A DNA stretch of 64,000 nucleotides from Defluviitaleaceae bacterium (GTDB lineage Bacteria; Bacillota; Clostridia; Lachnospirales; WRBF01). Positions 47,332 through 56,873 of the stretch are shown in pieces. Every line of letters starts with the position of its first letter. The stretch's first letter is position 1. A program made the position numbers and the translations under genes. The notes beneath the pieces are model-generated. The model did no database searches, was not told the origin of the DNA, and worked only from the letters and a program-made list of their open reading frames with translations. The DNA is taken from NCBI GenBank assembly GCA_009784685.1, contig WRBF01000004.1, forward strand, positions 14,419 through 78,418. The letters run 5' to 3'.

Positions 47332-48576
47332 TTAACGATCTAAAATGATTATATTATAATTTTCATCAAAGTCAGAAACTTGAACCCAACTGCCGCTTTC
47401 AAAGCGCATGATGTAATATCTGCGGTGAACTTGACCGTGTTCATTAAATTCCCATTGACCAAGAAGACCATATTTGTTAGTTTCCATAAGAGCATCTACC
47501 ATTGCTTCACGGCTTAAGTTTTCTTCACCTAGACGTTCAATCGCATCAACGATACCCATGATAGTGTCATAAACCAAGTAGCTCCAGTAAGTTGTTGGAA
47601 CTCCTGCACGTCTTTCAAATTCAGCAGTATATTCTATCATATACGTGTCACCAGGGCGAACAACGAACGCTAAGTTTGTTATTAAGCCTTCTGCTAAATC
47701 TTCACCAAGCATTTCAATCAAAGAACCTGTGATAGCTGTTTTTGAAGGAACAACCTGAACATCCCAACCCATTTGAGTTATTTGATTAACGATACCTGCT
47801 ACTTCAGAGTAGTTAGCCATGATGTAGATAGCATCAGGATCATTTTGACGAATGTTTGATAAAATTGCACGGAAGTCAACTTCGCCCGTGTTGATTGGTT
47901 CAATATTTGTTAGCTCAAGACCAATGCGGTCTGCTTCACGTTGGAAGTTTTCAAGAGCCATGAAGCCCCAGTCTGTGTTGAAGTGGATAACGCCTACACG
48001 TTCTGCACCAAGATAACCTTGTAAAATTTCTCTTGCTGCAAAAGGAGCATCGTCTGTTTGAAGACCGAACATTTGGAATGCAAATGGGCTTGATTGACCA
48101 ATGATTGGACCTGAAGCACTTGGTGTAAATACAACCATACCAGCTTCTTCATAGATAGGAAGTGAAGCTAAAACGCCTGATGAAGCATAGTCACCAAGAG
48201 CGATTAAATAACGTGGATTCGCAACAACAAGGCGTGCGATATCTGCATTATCTTGAGGTCTGTTTACTGTGTCATAAGGAATGATTCTAAGCTCACGACC
48301 AAGTACGCCGCCTCTTGAGTTAACTCTGTCCATAGCTATTTGAGATGCGATAAGGTAGTGTAAACCATATTCCGCAGCGTCTCCAGTTGCCGGATGATGC
48401 ATTGCAAAGTAAATTGGGTCGCCTGTAAATGTGACTTCTTCGCCGCCGCCGTTGCTTCCTGCTACTGTACCGCCAGTAGTTCCGCCGCCTGTTACAGGTG
48501 CAGTATCGTCAGCACAGCCTGATAATAAACTGATCAACAAAACGAATGATAGTATTAATGCTAATGTTTTTTTCAT
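47332..48576 (-). CDS. livJ: ABC transporter substrate-binding lipoprotein (LivJ/K-type periplasmic binding fold)
   Basis: Lipobox LLSGCADD and a Gly/Thr linker. The 414-aa type-I PBP is the first gene of the liv-like operon. Confidence 0.85.
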   Translation of the reverse strand: MKKTLALILSFVLLISLLSGCADDTAPVTGGGTTGGTVAGSNGGGEEVTFTGDPIYFAMHHPATGDAAEYGLHYLIASQIAMDRVNSRGGVLGRELRIIPYDTVNRPQDNADIARLVVANPRYLIALGDYASSGVLASLPIYEEAGMVVFTPSASGPIIGQSSPFAFQMFGLQTDDAPFAAREILQGYLGAERVGVIHFNTDWGFMALENFQREADRIGLELTNIEPINTGEVDFRAILSNIRQNDPDAIYIMANYSEVAGIVNQITQMGWDVQVVPSKTAITGSLIEMLGEDLAEGLITNLAFVVRPGDTYMIEYTAEFERRAGVPTTYWSYLVYDTIMGIVDAIERLGEENLSREAMVDALMETNKYGLLGQWEFNEHGQVHRRYYIMRFESGSWVQVSDFDENYNIIILDR

Positions 48577-48659
48577 TTTACATCCTCCTGGTTTTTAGCT
48601 TAAAAAGCTATTTATTTCATTTAATTGCAGTAGTTTTTAAGCCAAATTATTTTTATGTT

Positions 48660-48710
48660 TACCCTTGCAATACAATGAACAACACGGTTGTTCATTGTAT
48701 TGCAAGGGTA
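48660..48710. repeat. Perfect 24-bp-arm palindrome (3-nt loop) immediately downstream of the liv promoter
   Basis: TACCCTTGCAATACAATGAACAAC-acg-GTTGTTCATTGTATTGCAAGGGTA, with no flanking U-run on either strand. Confidence 0.9.
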
Positions 48711-48717
48711 GTGAATC

Positions 48718-48746
48718 ACTATAGCAAATTAGGGAATATATGTCAA
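48718..48746 (-). promoter_or_regulatory. Sigma-A promoter of the liv-like operon
   Basis: On the minus strand, TTGACA (48746-48741), N17 spacer, TATAGT (48723-48718). Confidence 0.65.
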
Positions 48747-48828
48747 CCCTATAAGTGCTGAAAAGCCTCGAAAAAACACGAAAAACAGTATTTGACTACT
48801 TAAATTGAGATTCTAATATTTCAGTAAG

Positions 48829-49740
48829 TTATTTCCTTAAACTTGGAGTAAATTTTGAGGATATTGATCCTATTTTTTTAGCTCTTGCGTAATGAAACAA
48901 ATATTGTTGCGCATATCCTGCATAATTTCCGAACTTATCTTTAGCAAATTCGTGAATTTCTTTAAGCGGAACATCTTGTTCGCCGAGATATAGATGTGAC
49001 ATAACACGCTTAACCCAAACATCTACAGGGAAAACTTCCCTGCGTTCGAATGAAAAAAGCATAGTGCAGTCAGCAACTTTAGGACCGACTCCTTTGATCA
49101 TCATAAGCGACTCCTTTACTTTTTCTGTATTCATTTTAGTCAGCTCTTCCATATCAATAAAACGAGATGAAATTTTTTGAGCTGCATCATATATGTATTT
49201 TGCCCTAAATCCTGCTTTTATTCTAATAAAATCTTCCGTATTGCAAGAGCTTAGCTTATCTAATGTTGGAAATGCAAAGTGTTCGCCTATTTTTTCTCCA
49301 TAATCAGCGGACATATTATTGACTATCTGCTTTATATGTGGTATTTGTTTGTTTTGAGATATAATGAATGTAACAAGACATTCAAGCGGTTCTTGGTTAA
49401 GTATTCTTATCCCATCGGCAAAAGCAATCGCTTCTTGCATAATCGGGTCGTTTTTGCATAGCCGCTCTTTAATTTCGGAATAATTTTTGTCGAGGTCAAA
49501 ATATCTGACCCAGATGTTTTCAAAGTCTGGAACAGTCATAGGCGAAAACGTTATCATGTTTCCTGCTTGAGATACATTTATAATCCGACCAAGCGCAACT
49601 ATCAAATAACTAAGTTCACCCACTTTGAAGAATCTAAAACATTGCCCGCATTCAAGCGTTTGTTCTATGTTAAAATCATTCAAACCGTTAACAACAACTG
49701 TATCGCCTTTTTGTTCATAATTTATCATACTATACCCCAC
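48829..49740 (-). CDS. ogg: 8-oxoguanine DNA glycosylase / AP lyase (Ogg1-type HhH-GPD)
   Basis: IKGVGPKVADCTMLFSFERREVFPVDVWV matches the Ogg1 catalytic-Lys HhH motif (GVGxKVADC). Confidence 0.85.
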   Translation of the reverse strand: MGYSMINYEQKGDTVVVNGLNDFNIEQTLECGQCFRFFKVGELSYLIVALGRIINVSQAGNMITFSPMTVPDFENIWVRYFDLDKNYSEIKERLCKNDPIMQEAIAFADGIRILNQEPLECLVTFIISQNKQIPHIKQIVNNMSADYGEKIGEHFAFPTLDKLSSCNTEDFIRIKAGFRAKYIYDAAQKISSRFIDMEELTKMNTEKVKESLMMIKGVGPKVADCTMLFSFERREVFPVDVWVKRVMSHLYLGEQDVPLKEIHEFAKDKFGNYAGYAQQYLFHYARAKKIGSISSKFTPSLRK

Positions 49741-49795
49741 TTAATTTTTATAGGTAATAAGTGAATAGGTAATAGTGAATAACTGACCATGTTAC

Positions 49796-50167
49796 CTATT
49801 CCTTACTGCTTATTCCCTTTTCTTTGTCTCTCAACTCATTAATTCCCATGACTAACAAAAATCCGCCAAAGATCCTTCTCAGCATATTTTCTTCGATTTT
49901 TGACGCAAATAAAGAACCGGCAATGGCGAAAGCTACACCAAAGAAAATAAGAATCCAAATATATTTTCGTTCAATGCTTTTGTTTTTAATATGAATTATA
50001 AGCGCAACTGTTCCTGTTGGTATATAATACATCAAGTTGATGCTTTGTGCCGTAAGCTGACTAACTCCAAAAAACATAGTAAGAGCAGGTATAAGAAGCG
50101 TTCCGCCGCCGATCCCCATTCCTGTAACAATCCCACAGATTAGCCCAATAATTATAAACCACATCAT
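49796..50167 (-). CDS. TauE/SafE-family anion exporter, half-size subunit (C-terminal-half equivalent)
   Basis: 123 aa with 4 TM helices and a GIGGGTLLIPAL motif. Its ATGA overlaps the upstream half. Confidence 0.7.
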   Translation of the reverse strand: MMWFIIIGLICGIVTGMGIGGGTLLIPALTMFFGVSQLTAQSINLMYYIPTGTVALIIHIKNKSIERKYIWILIFFGVAFAIAGSLFASKIEENMLRRIFGGFLLVMGINELRDKEKGISSKE

Positions 50168-50553
50168 ATCAGCATCTTAACTGCGGCGGCTATCATAAAA
50201 AGCCCAAACAGTCGTTTTAGCCACTTTTTTGGTATTTTTGTTAGAAGTTTTGCGCCGACTATACCGCCTGCTACGCCCCCTATACATATAAAAATCAGCA
50301 TTTTCCAGTCAACTTCATTTCCCCGTAAATAAACAAACGAGCTTGTAATTGACAAAGGTAATATGATAGCTACGGCGGTAGCATGGGCGGTATGGACGGA
50401 AAGTTTCAAAAATTTTTTAGACAGCGGAATAAAAATCGCACCGCCGCCGGATCCGAACAAACCGTTTACAATACCTGTTACAGATCCTACTATTGCGGAT
50501 TTAACAGGGGATATTTCGCTTTTATCACTGTTTTCTATATTTGGGTTTCTCAT
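50164..50553 (-). CDS. TauE/SafE-family anion exporter, half-size subunit (N-terminal-half equivalent)
   Basis: GLFGSGGGAIFIPL motif and 4 TM helices. ATG at 50553 follows GAGGTG. The ORF track opens at 50589. Confidence 0.7.
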   Translation of the reverse strand: MRNPNIENSDKSEISPVKSAIVGSVTGIVNGLFGSGGGAIFIPLSKKFLKLSVHTAHATAVAIILPLSITSSFVYLRGNEVDWKMLIFICIGGVAGGIVGAKLLTKIPKKWLKRLFGLFMIAAAVKMLI

Positions 50554-50696
50554 GGGTAAGCACCTCGCAGGCAGGCTCAAATTCCACAATTTCTAAATTA
50601 CATGATGAAGTGGACGATACCTGTCTTACTACATTATTACCCAAAAACAAAATCCGATTAATTATTACAGCGGAAATTACTTACATTAAAAATTTT

Positions 50697-51338
50697 TTAT
50701 GTACTGTTTTCTATTTTCTTTTCACAAATTTCTTTCAGGAAGCATTCTTCGCATCCGGCACGCTTGGCTGTACAAATTTCACGTCCATGAGATATAACTT
50801 GTTGATTGTATTTTATCCAGGATTCCTTTGGTAAAATTTCCATCAGTTGAAATTCTGCCTTTTCGGGGTCGATGGTATTTGTCAGCCCTAGCCTATACGA
50901 AACACGCTTAACATGGGTATCTACAACGATGCTTGGTATTGAAAAAATATGCCCTCTTATAACATTTGCTGTTTTCCTGCCTACACCTGCAAGAGATGTA
51001 AGCTCTTCAATATCTGATGGCATTTTTCCACCGTAAACTTCAAGCAGCCTTTGAGCGCATAAAATTATATTTTTGGCTTTATTATGATAAAATCCTGTTG
51101 ATTTTATATCGCTTTCAAGCTCAGAAATATTAACTGATGCAAAACTCTCAATGCTATGATATTTCTTAAAAAGCTGCTCAGTTACTAAATTTACACGTGC
51201 ATCGGTACATTGTGCTGATAGAATTGTGGCTATCAAAAGCTGCCAGTCTTCATTGTAATTCAAAAAACATTTTCCATCATGCGGGTAATGCTCATCTAGG
51301 AGGTTTAGGAGGTTTAGAATTTCATTTATTTTGTTCAT
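50697..51338 (-). CDS. nth: Endonuclease III
   Basis: HhH-GPD region LAGVGRKTANVI, a catalytic Asp region and a C-terminal 4Fe-4S loop CTAKRAGCEECFLKEIC. ATG at 51338 follows GGGAGA. Confidence 0.92.
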   Translation of the reverse strand: MNKINEILNLLNLLDEHYPHDGKCFLNYNEDWQLLIATILSAQCTDARVNLVTEQLFKKYHSIESFASVNISELESDIKSTGFYHNKAKNIILCAQRLLEVYGGKMPSDIEELTSLAGVGRKTANVIRGHIFSIPSIVVDTHVKRVSYRLGLTNTIDPEKAEFQLMEILPKESWIKYNQQVISHGREICTAKRAGCEECFLKEICEKKIENST

Positions 51339-51359
51339 TGTAATTTCTCCCAACGCATT

Positions 51360-53084
51360 TTATAGTTGATTAACTACAATTTCATCTGTCATATAGTTAA
51401 AAATCACGTAACATCCGTGTGTCTTAATTTTCTCATCCGTCAAAAACCCTAAAACATTATTTTCGAACCATACAAGATTACTCCTTCTTACAATTTGCTT
51501 TACGGGTATCAACAAAGCCTCTTCGCCAAAATACTTCTTAATATTTTCACTGTTATTATAAAAATCACGGACAAATTCTTTGTTTTCTTCTTTACCAAAA
51601 GGCAGTCCATCGGGAAGGGATTTTAGTTTCTCATTCGAGAGCAAGTCAAACAACAGCAGTTCTTTGATAATTTTAGTTTCGTCGATGTTTAAAAATGAAA
51701 TTGCAAAATCATATATTTTAATGTAAAGATTTATTTTGCTGTGTGAAATGCCATGATATTCCATTTCATTCCAGTATTCCGCAATCCTTTCAAAAAACTC
51801 AAATGGGCTGTCAAAGAAAGAAATCAGGTATTTAATGCTGCTACCAAACTGACCGGAATTATAAAAGAGTTCTAAAACATGCTCAATGCTTTTGAGCTGC
51901 AAAATTTCGCTGTATGTAAGCCAAGAGGTAGTAAGCACTTCATAGTCAGCATTATCTTTAAAGATAATTCCGTGCTTAGGTGCAGCTTCACGTATTTTTG
52001 AGCCTTTAAGAATTTTTAAAAATCCAAGCTGAAGCATCTCAGGGGAGACAGCAAACACTTCGTTAAATGATTTTTTGAATGAGAGATAATCTTCATATGG
52101 AAGCCCTGCTATTAAATCTAAATGCTGATGAATAGTTCCCAGTTCTTTAATTAAGCGAACGTTTTCATATATTTTATCAAGATTAGTTATTCTACCGATT
52201 TCTTTAAGCGATTGTGCATTAGTTGACTGAATTCCTATTTCAAACTGAAACAGACCTTTTCTCGCCTTTTTTAATATCGCAATTTCATCAAAATTAAGCA
52301 AATCTGCACAAATTTCGAAATGGAAGTTTGTTATTTTGTTGTCGTTTTTAATTAAAAATTCCCAAATATTCATTGCGTGGTACTTGTTTGAATTAAAAGT
52401 TCTATCAATGAATTTGACTTGGCTCACTTTTGAATTTAGGAAGCGAGTTAAGTCGCTGAAAACTCTTTCTGAGTTTAAATATCTAACATTGCTGCTTGAA
52501 CCCGAAAGGCAGTAGCCGCAACTATATGGACAGCCTCTTGAGCTTTCATAGTAGATTATTTTGTTTTCTAATTCAGAAAATCCACCTTCATAGGCAAAAG
52601 GAATTGCATTAAGTTCTAGAATTTCGCCAATTGAACTTATAATGTTTCCTTCATTTGTCATATATGCTATACCACTAATATCAGCCAGCCCAATCTCACT
52701 ATTTACATAATGCTTAAGCAAGTTGTAAAAAGCCATTTCACCTTCGCCAATTACAATCACATCGACAGGGTAGTCCCTTAAAATCGGCTCAAATTCATAG
52801 CTAACTTCAGGACCGCCAAGAATTATTTTTACATCTGTCATTATTTTCTTGATAGAGCTGACTAAGCTAAGAACCTGTTTTATGTTCCAGATATAGCATG
52901 AAAAGCCTATGATATCAGGCTTTTGCTTAAATATCTCTGACAGGATGAAGTTTTCGGTTTGGTTTATTGTAAATTCTGAAAGCGTAACATTTTCAGAATA
53001 CTCACCTGCGAAATCCTTTATGTTTCTTAGCGCAAGTGATGAGTGTATGAACTTTGCATTTAGTGTAGTCAGTAGAATTTTCAT
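51360..53084 (-). CDS. B12-binding-domain radical SAM protein (DUF4080-type C-terminus)
   Basis: N-terminal cobalamin-binding-like domain, then SRGCPYSCGYC (CxxxCxxC). 574 aa. Confidence 0.85.
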   Translation of the reverse strand: MKILLTTLNAKFIHSSLALRNIKDFAGEYSENVTLSEFTINQTENFILSEIFKQKPDIIGFSCYIWNIKQVLSLVSSIKKIMTDVKIILGGPEVSYEFEPILRDYPVDVIVIGEGEMAFYNLLKHYVNSEIGLADISGIAYMTNEGNIISSIGEILELNAIPFAYEGGFSELENKIIYYESSRGCPYSCGYCLSGSSSNVRYLNSERVFSDLTRFLNSKVSQVKFIDRTFNSNKYHAMNIWEFLIKNDNKITNFHFEICADLLNFDEIAILKKARKGLFQFEIGIQSTNAQSLKEIGRITNLDKIYENVRLIKELGTIHQHLDLIAGLPYEDYLSFKKSFNEVFAVSPEMLQLGFLKILKGSKIREAAPKHGIIFKDNADYEVLTTSWLTYSEILQLKSIEHVLELFYNSGQFGSSIKYLISFFDSPFEFFERIAEYWNEMEYHGISHSKINLYIKIYDFAISFLNIDETKIIKELLLFDLLSNEKLKSLPDGLPFGKEENKEFVRDFYNNSENIKKYFGEEALLIPVKQIVRRSNLVWFENNVLGFLTDEKIKTHGCYVIFNYMTDEIVVNQL

Positions 53085-53181
53085 ACAATAACCTCATTTG
53101 AACAAACATGAATTTTCATGAATAAACGCACTTTCACTAGAATAGATTTTACAAAGCATGTCGCAAGGAGTAAATATACTC

Positions 53182-54717
53182 ATGTCAAAAAAAAGCATAA
53201 TCAACGGAGCAATTATTTTGACCGTTGCAGGAATTATAACCCGATTATTAGGGTTTGTCTATCGCATATTTCTTTCAAATGCTATAGGCGCAGAAGGGAT
53301 GGGGCTTTATCAGCTTATTATGCCGGTTTATGCCCTTGCATGGAGCATATCATGCTCTGGTTTCACAACTACAATTTCAAAGCTTACAGCACAGGAAAAC
53401 GCAAAAGGTGAGTATGGCAACATAAAACGGTTTTTGTGGCAAGCTGTTACGATAACAACATCAATTGGGATTGCAATCAGTATTACTTTGTATGTATTTG
53501 CTGAGCCTATTGCAATGTCGATTTTTCAAGATCAGCGTGCGGCAATGCCGATTCAAATTTTATCAGCGGCTATACCTTTCATGGCCTTTGGATCTTGCCT
53601 TCGGGGCTATTTCTTTGGGCTTCAAGAGACTATGATACCGGCGATAAACCAAGTTTTTGAACAAACGGTTCGTATGGCAGTTGTTTTTGTTCTTGCGGGG
53701 TTCTTTATTCCGCTAGGTCTTGAATATGCTGCTGCCTTGGCTGTTATCGGTATCGTTGCGGAAGAAGCTGCTTCACTCTTTTTCATTATCACTGCATACA
53801 ACCGACACAAGAAAACTAAGACGGCGATTTTCAAAAGACCTTCGATGTCGTTTAGTAAATCACTTATGCTTCTATGCGGGATGGCTTTACCCTTAACTTC
53901 AACCAGGGTGATAGGTTCTTTGCTTGGAACGTTTGAAAACTTCCTCATCCCAAGGCGGCTAGAACTATATGGGATGACAACTTCCGAAGCTATGAGCACT
54001 TTTGGTCAAATCAGCGGGATGGCAATGCCTCTTATTTACTTTCCGTCAGCTTTTTTAACATCACTTGCTATATCTCTTATACCGGCAGTTTCAGAGGCGA
54101 CTGCTATAAAAAACTTTAATCGGATAAAACATACAGCATCACGCTCAATGTTATTTTCGTCAATAATTGGCTTTTGTGCATCAGCGGTTTTTGTAACGTT
54201 TTCGTATGAACTTGGGTCGGTTATTTATAACCAGGATATAAGCGAAATGCTTATTTTGCTAGGTATAATGTCCCCATTTCTTTACATGCAAGTTGTATTA
54301 GCGGGTATATTAAACGGTCTTGGCTGCCAAGTTTTTATATTTAGAAACAGCCTTATATCTTCTGTTATAAATATAGGTTTTGTTTATTTTTTAGTTCCGC
54401 AGTACGGTGTAAACGCCTTTATTTTGGGGTGGTTTGTAAGTCTTATTATTACTTGCGGGCTTGAAATCAATAAGCTTAGCGAAATGGTAAAGCTAGAGTT
54501 TGAATTTAAAAACTGGTTCATAAAGCCGGTGTTTGCGGCGGTCATGGCATCTGTTGCGGTTAAGCTTTTAGAAGATAGGGTAGTAACGCCTTTGATTGGC
54601 GAAACACTTGGGCTTGCAGTTTCAATATTATTTCTTGTTGTCACTTATTTAGTATTCATTTTGTTAACAGGATGTCTTCGTAAAGCTGACATAACAAGCA
54701 TCATAAAGTTTAAATAA
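53182..54717 (+). CDS. spoVB: Stage V sporulation protein B-like MOP flippase
   Basis: The N-terminus SIINGAIILTVAGIITRLLGFVYRIFLSNAIGAEGMGLYQL is typical of SpoVB. About 14 TM helices. spmA and spmB follow. Confidence 0.75.
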   Translation: MSKKSIINGAIILTVAGIITRLLGFVYRIFLSNAIGAEGMGLYQLIMPVYALAWSISCSGFTTTISKLTAQENAKGEYGNIKRFLWQAVTITTSIGIAISITLYVFAEPIAMSIFQDQRAAMPIQILSAAIPFMAFGSCLRGYFFGLQETMIPAINQVFEQTVRMAVVFVLAGFFIPLGLEYAAALAVIGIVAEEAASLFFIITAYNRHKKTKTAIFKRPSMSFSKSLMLLCGMALPLTSTRVIGSLLGTFENFLIPRRLELYGMTTSEAMSTFGQISGMAMPLIYFPSAFLTSLAISLIPAVSEATAIKNFNRIKHTASRSMLFSSIIGFCASAVFVTFSYELGSVIYNQDISEMLILLGIMSPFLYMQVVLAGILNGLGCQVFIFRNSLISSVINIGFVYFLVPQYGVNAFILGWFVSLIITCGLEINKLSEMVKLEFEFKNWFIKPVFAAVMASVAVKLLEDRVVTPLIGETLGLAVSILFLVVTYLVFILLTGCLRKADITSIIKFK

Positions 54718-54778
54718 TACCAAACTTGTAAATTTAGATGATAGGCTGATATAAAGATGTTGCCGGAAGGGGAGACAC

Positions 54779-55357
54779 ATGCTCAACTACATTTGGGGCG
54801 GTATGATATTAATAGGAATAGCAGTAGCAGCATTTAACGGTACGATGGAAGAAGTTTCTAGTGCCATAATAGATTCTTCAAGAGATGCTGTGTCACTTAT
54901 GATAACTATGCTCGGGATAATATCTATGTGGATGGGGCTTATGAAGATCGCCGAAAAATCAGGGCTTATAGATTATTTATCTAGAAAGATGATGCCGCTT
55001 TTAGTGTTTTTATTTCCTGATTTGCGCCGGAACATGAAGGCACTTAACTATATATCAACAAACATGATGGCGAATGTTTTAGGGCTTGGATGGGCAGCGA
55101 CACCTGCCGGGCTTCTCGCTATGGAAGAGATGCAAAAAGTTAACAAGAAAAAAGATACAGCAAGCCGGTCGATGTGTACGTTTTTGATAATAAACCTGTC
55201 TTCGCTTCAGATTGTAACGATCAATATAATTGCATTTAGGGCTGAATATAACTCCGTCAATCCGGCAGAAATTATTTTCCCGGGAATACTTGCGACAATA
55301 ATATCAACTGTTATAGGAGTGGCTTTTGCAAAAATTATGGAGGTGTTTGAGCGATGA
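54779..55357 (+). CDS. spmA: Spore maturation protein A (nucleoside-recognition-domain membrane protein)
   Basis: MLNYIWGGMILIGIAVAAFNG… is the typical SpmA N-terminus. It is paired with an overlapping spmB. Confidence 0.85.
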   Translation: MLNYIWGGMILIGIAVAAFNGTMEEVSSAIIDSSRDAVSLMITMLGIISMWMGLMKIAEKSGLIDYLSRKMMPLLVFLFPDLRRNMKALNYISTNMMANVLGLGWAATPAGLLAMEEMQKVNKKKDTASRSMCTFLIINLSSLQIVTINIIAFRAEYNSVNPAEIIFPGILATIISTVIGVAFAKIMEVFER

Positions 55358-55884
55358 GTTTTATGATTTTATTGTCAAATCTTATGATCCCTCTTACGTT
55401 TGCCATCATATTAATATGCGGTTATGCAAAAAGGGTTGATGTTTATCAAACATTTATAGAGGGTGCAAAGGGAGGATTTGGAACGGTTGTAAATATAGCT
55501 CCAACGATTTTAGGGCTTATTGTAAGCGTTGGCGTAATACGTGCATCCGGGGCACTTGATCTTTTAACAGGTTTTTTTGCTCCGCTTTTAAGCAGGCTAG
55601 GGTTTCCGGCGGAAGCTTTGCCGCTCACGGCAATGCGTCTCGTGTCTTCGTCAGCCTCGACCGGTCTGCTGCTTGATATATTTAAAAATTACGGACCGGA
55701 TTCATTTATAGGTCGGTTTGTGTCGATAATGATGAGCAGTACGGAGACAGTTGTGTACACGTTAAGCGTCTACTTTATGAGCATAGGAATAACAAAAATG
55801 CGCTACACGCTGCATGGTGCGCTTTTGGCTAATCTTGCAGGGGTAGTCGCATCTCTTTTTATAACTATTTGGTTGTTTGGATAA
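55354..55884 (+). CDS. spmB: Spore maturation protein B
   Basis: 176-aa membrane protein translationally coupled to spmA (ATGA overlap). Confidence 0.85.
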   Translation: MSFMILLSNLMIPLTFAIILICGYAKRVDVYQTFIEGAKGGFGTVVNIAPTILGLIVSVGVIRASGALDLLTGFFAPLLSRLGFPAEALPLTAMRLVSSSASTGLLLDIFKNYGPDSFIGRFVSIMMSSTETVVYTLSVYFMSIGITKMRYTLHGALLANLAGVVASLFITIWLFG

Positions 55885-55901
55885 GGCTCTAAGGCTCATC
55901 T

Positions 55902-56576
55902 TTACGATTCTTGATCGACTTTTTGGAAATACGGCATAAGAATCTCTCTAGCATATTTCTTTTTATCGGCTTTACAAAAACAGTTAAGACATGTTTTGTC
56001 GCTTATGCTAATTTTATCAGCAATTGCATTTAACTGATTATCATCAAGAGCGTATTCGGTCGTAATACACTCAAACTCTTCATTAATTATATCAAGCATG
56101 TCTTCAACATCGCTTTGTAAAAATCTTCCAAGCAATTTGCGGCAGATTGCATCGAAAACAGAACTTAATATTCCCGCACCCGCAATCCCTGCTATAATCC
56201 AGATAACTGTATTTTCCGCCACGATAGAAGAAACGCTGTTTGTACCAAAAACCCAACCGGCACTGCCGCCGATAAGAAGAGATGCGGCAAGAATTAGGTT
56301 GATAATCAGCTGTTTTTTCGAGATCCTTTTTCTTGCAAAGTTATACAGGTCGAACGAAATAAGAAAAACAGTCGATATAAGCCTTGTCCAGATATTTGTT
56401 CTAAGTATTTGAAAAGCAGAACGGAGTATTACCCTAGGACCAATACTCACAAAGTTTATCGCCATAGTTGCAAGTTTTGGGAATATAAGCTTAGCAAGAT
56501 TACCTTTATTGAACTTACCAAACAGACCGGATTTTTTATTTGCAAGTTGTATACGCCTTGTGTCTGGTTTCGTCAT
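55902..56576 (-). CDS. Hypothetical membrane protein
   Basis: 224-aa ORF with 3-4 TM helices and a Cys-containing soluble tail. No family recognised. Confidence 0.55.
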   Translation of the reverse strand: MTKPDTRRIQLANKKSGLFGKFNKGNLAKLIFPKLATMAINFVSIGPRVILRSAFQILRTNIWTRLISTVFLISFDLYNFARKRISKKQLIINLILAASLLIGGSAGWVFGTNSVSSIVAENTVIWIIAGIAGAGILSSVFDAICRKLLGRFLQSDVEDMLDIINEEFECITTEYALDDNQLNAIADKISISDKTCLNCFCKADKKKYAREILMPYFQKVDQES

Positions 56577-56581
56577 ATGTA

Positions 56582-56839
56582 TTAATCCTTTAAACCGTCA
56601 TTAAAACATTTTAAATCATGCTTGATTTCATCAGGAATTTGGTTGTATTCAATGTTCTCAATCGCTCCTTGAAGCGCATACAGATGTACCAGGCATACAT
56701 TTGGATAGTGGAATTTTAATTGAAAGAAGGCTTCCTTGCTCCCGGTCTTGATTAGCTCTTCTGCTGAGTTAATACCAATGAATTTGAGCTTTTTTTCAAG
56801 TTCTTTGCCTATGTTTTGCATGGACGTCAATTCTGTCAT
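56582..56839 (-). CDS. TfoX C-terminal-domain protein
   Basis: 85 aa. LTSMQNIGKELEKKLKFIGINSAEELIKTGSKEAF has the HhH-like TfoX_C pattern. Confidence 0.7.
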   Translation of the reverse strand: MTELTSMQNIGKELEKKLKFIGINSAEELIKTGSKEAFFQLKFHYPNVCLVHLYALQGAIENIEYNQIPDEIKHDLKCFNDGLKD

Positions 56840-56873
56840 AAAGTTCCTCCTTGTTCATGCTTTGACAAACAAA

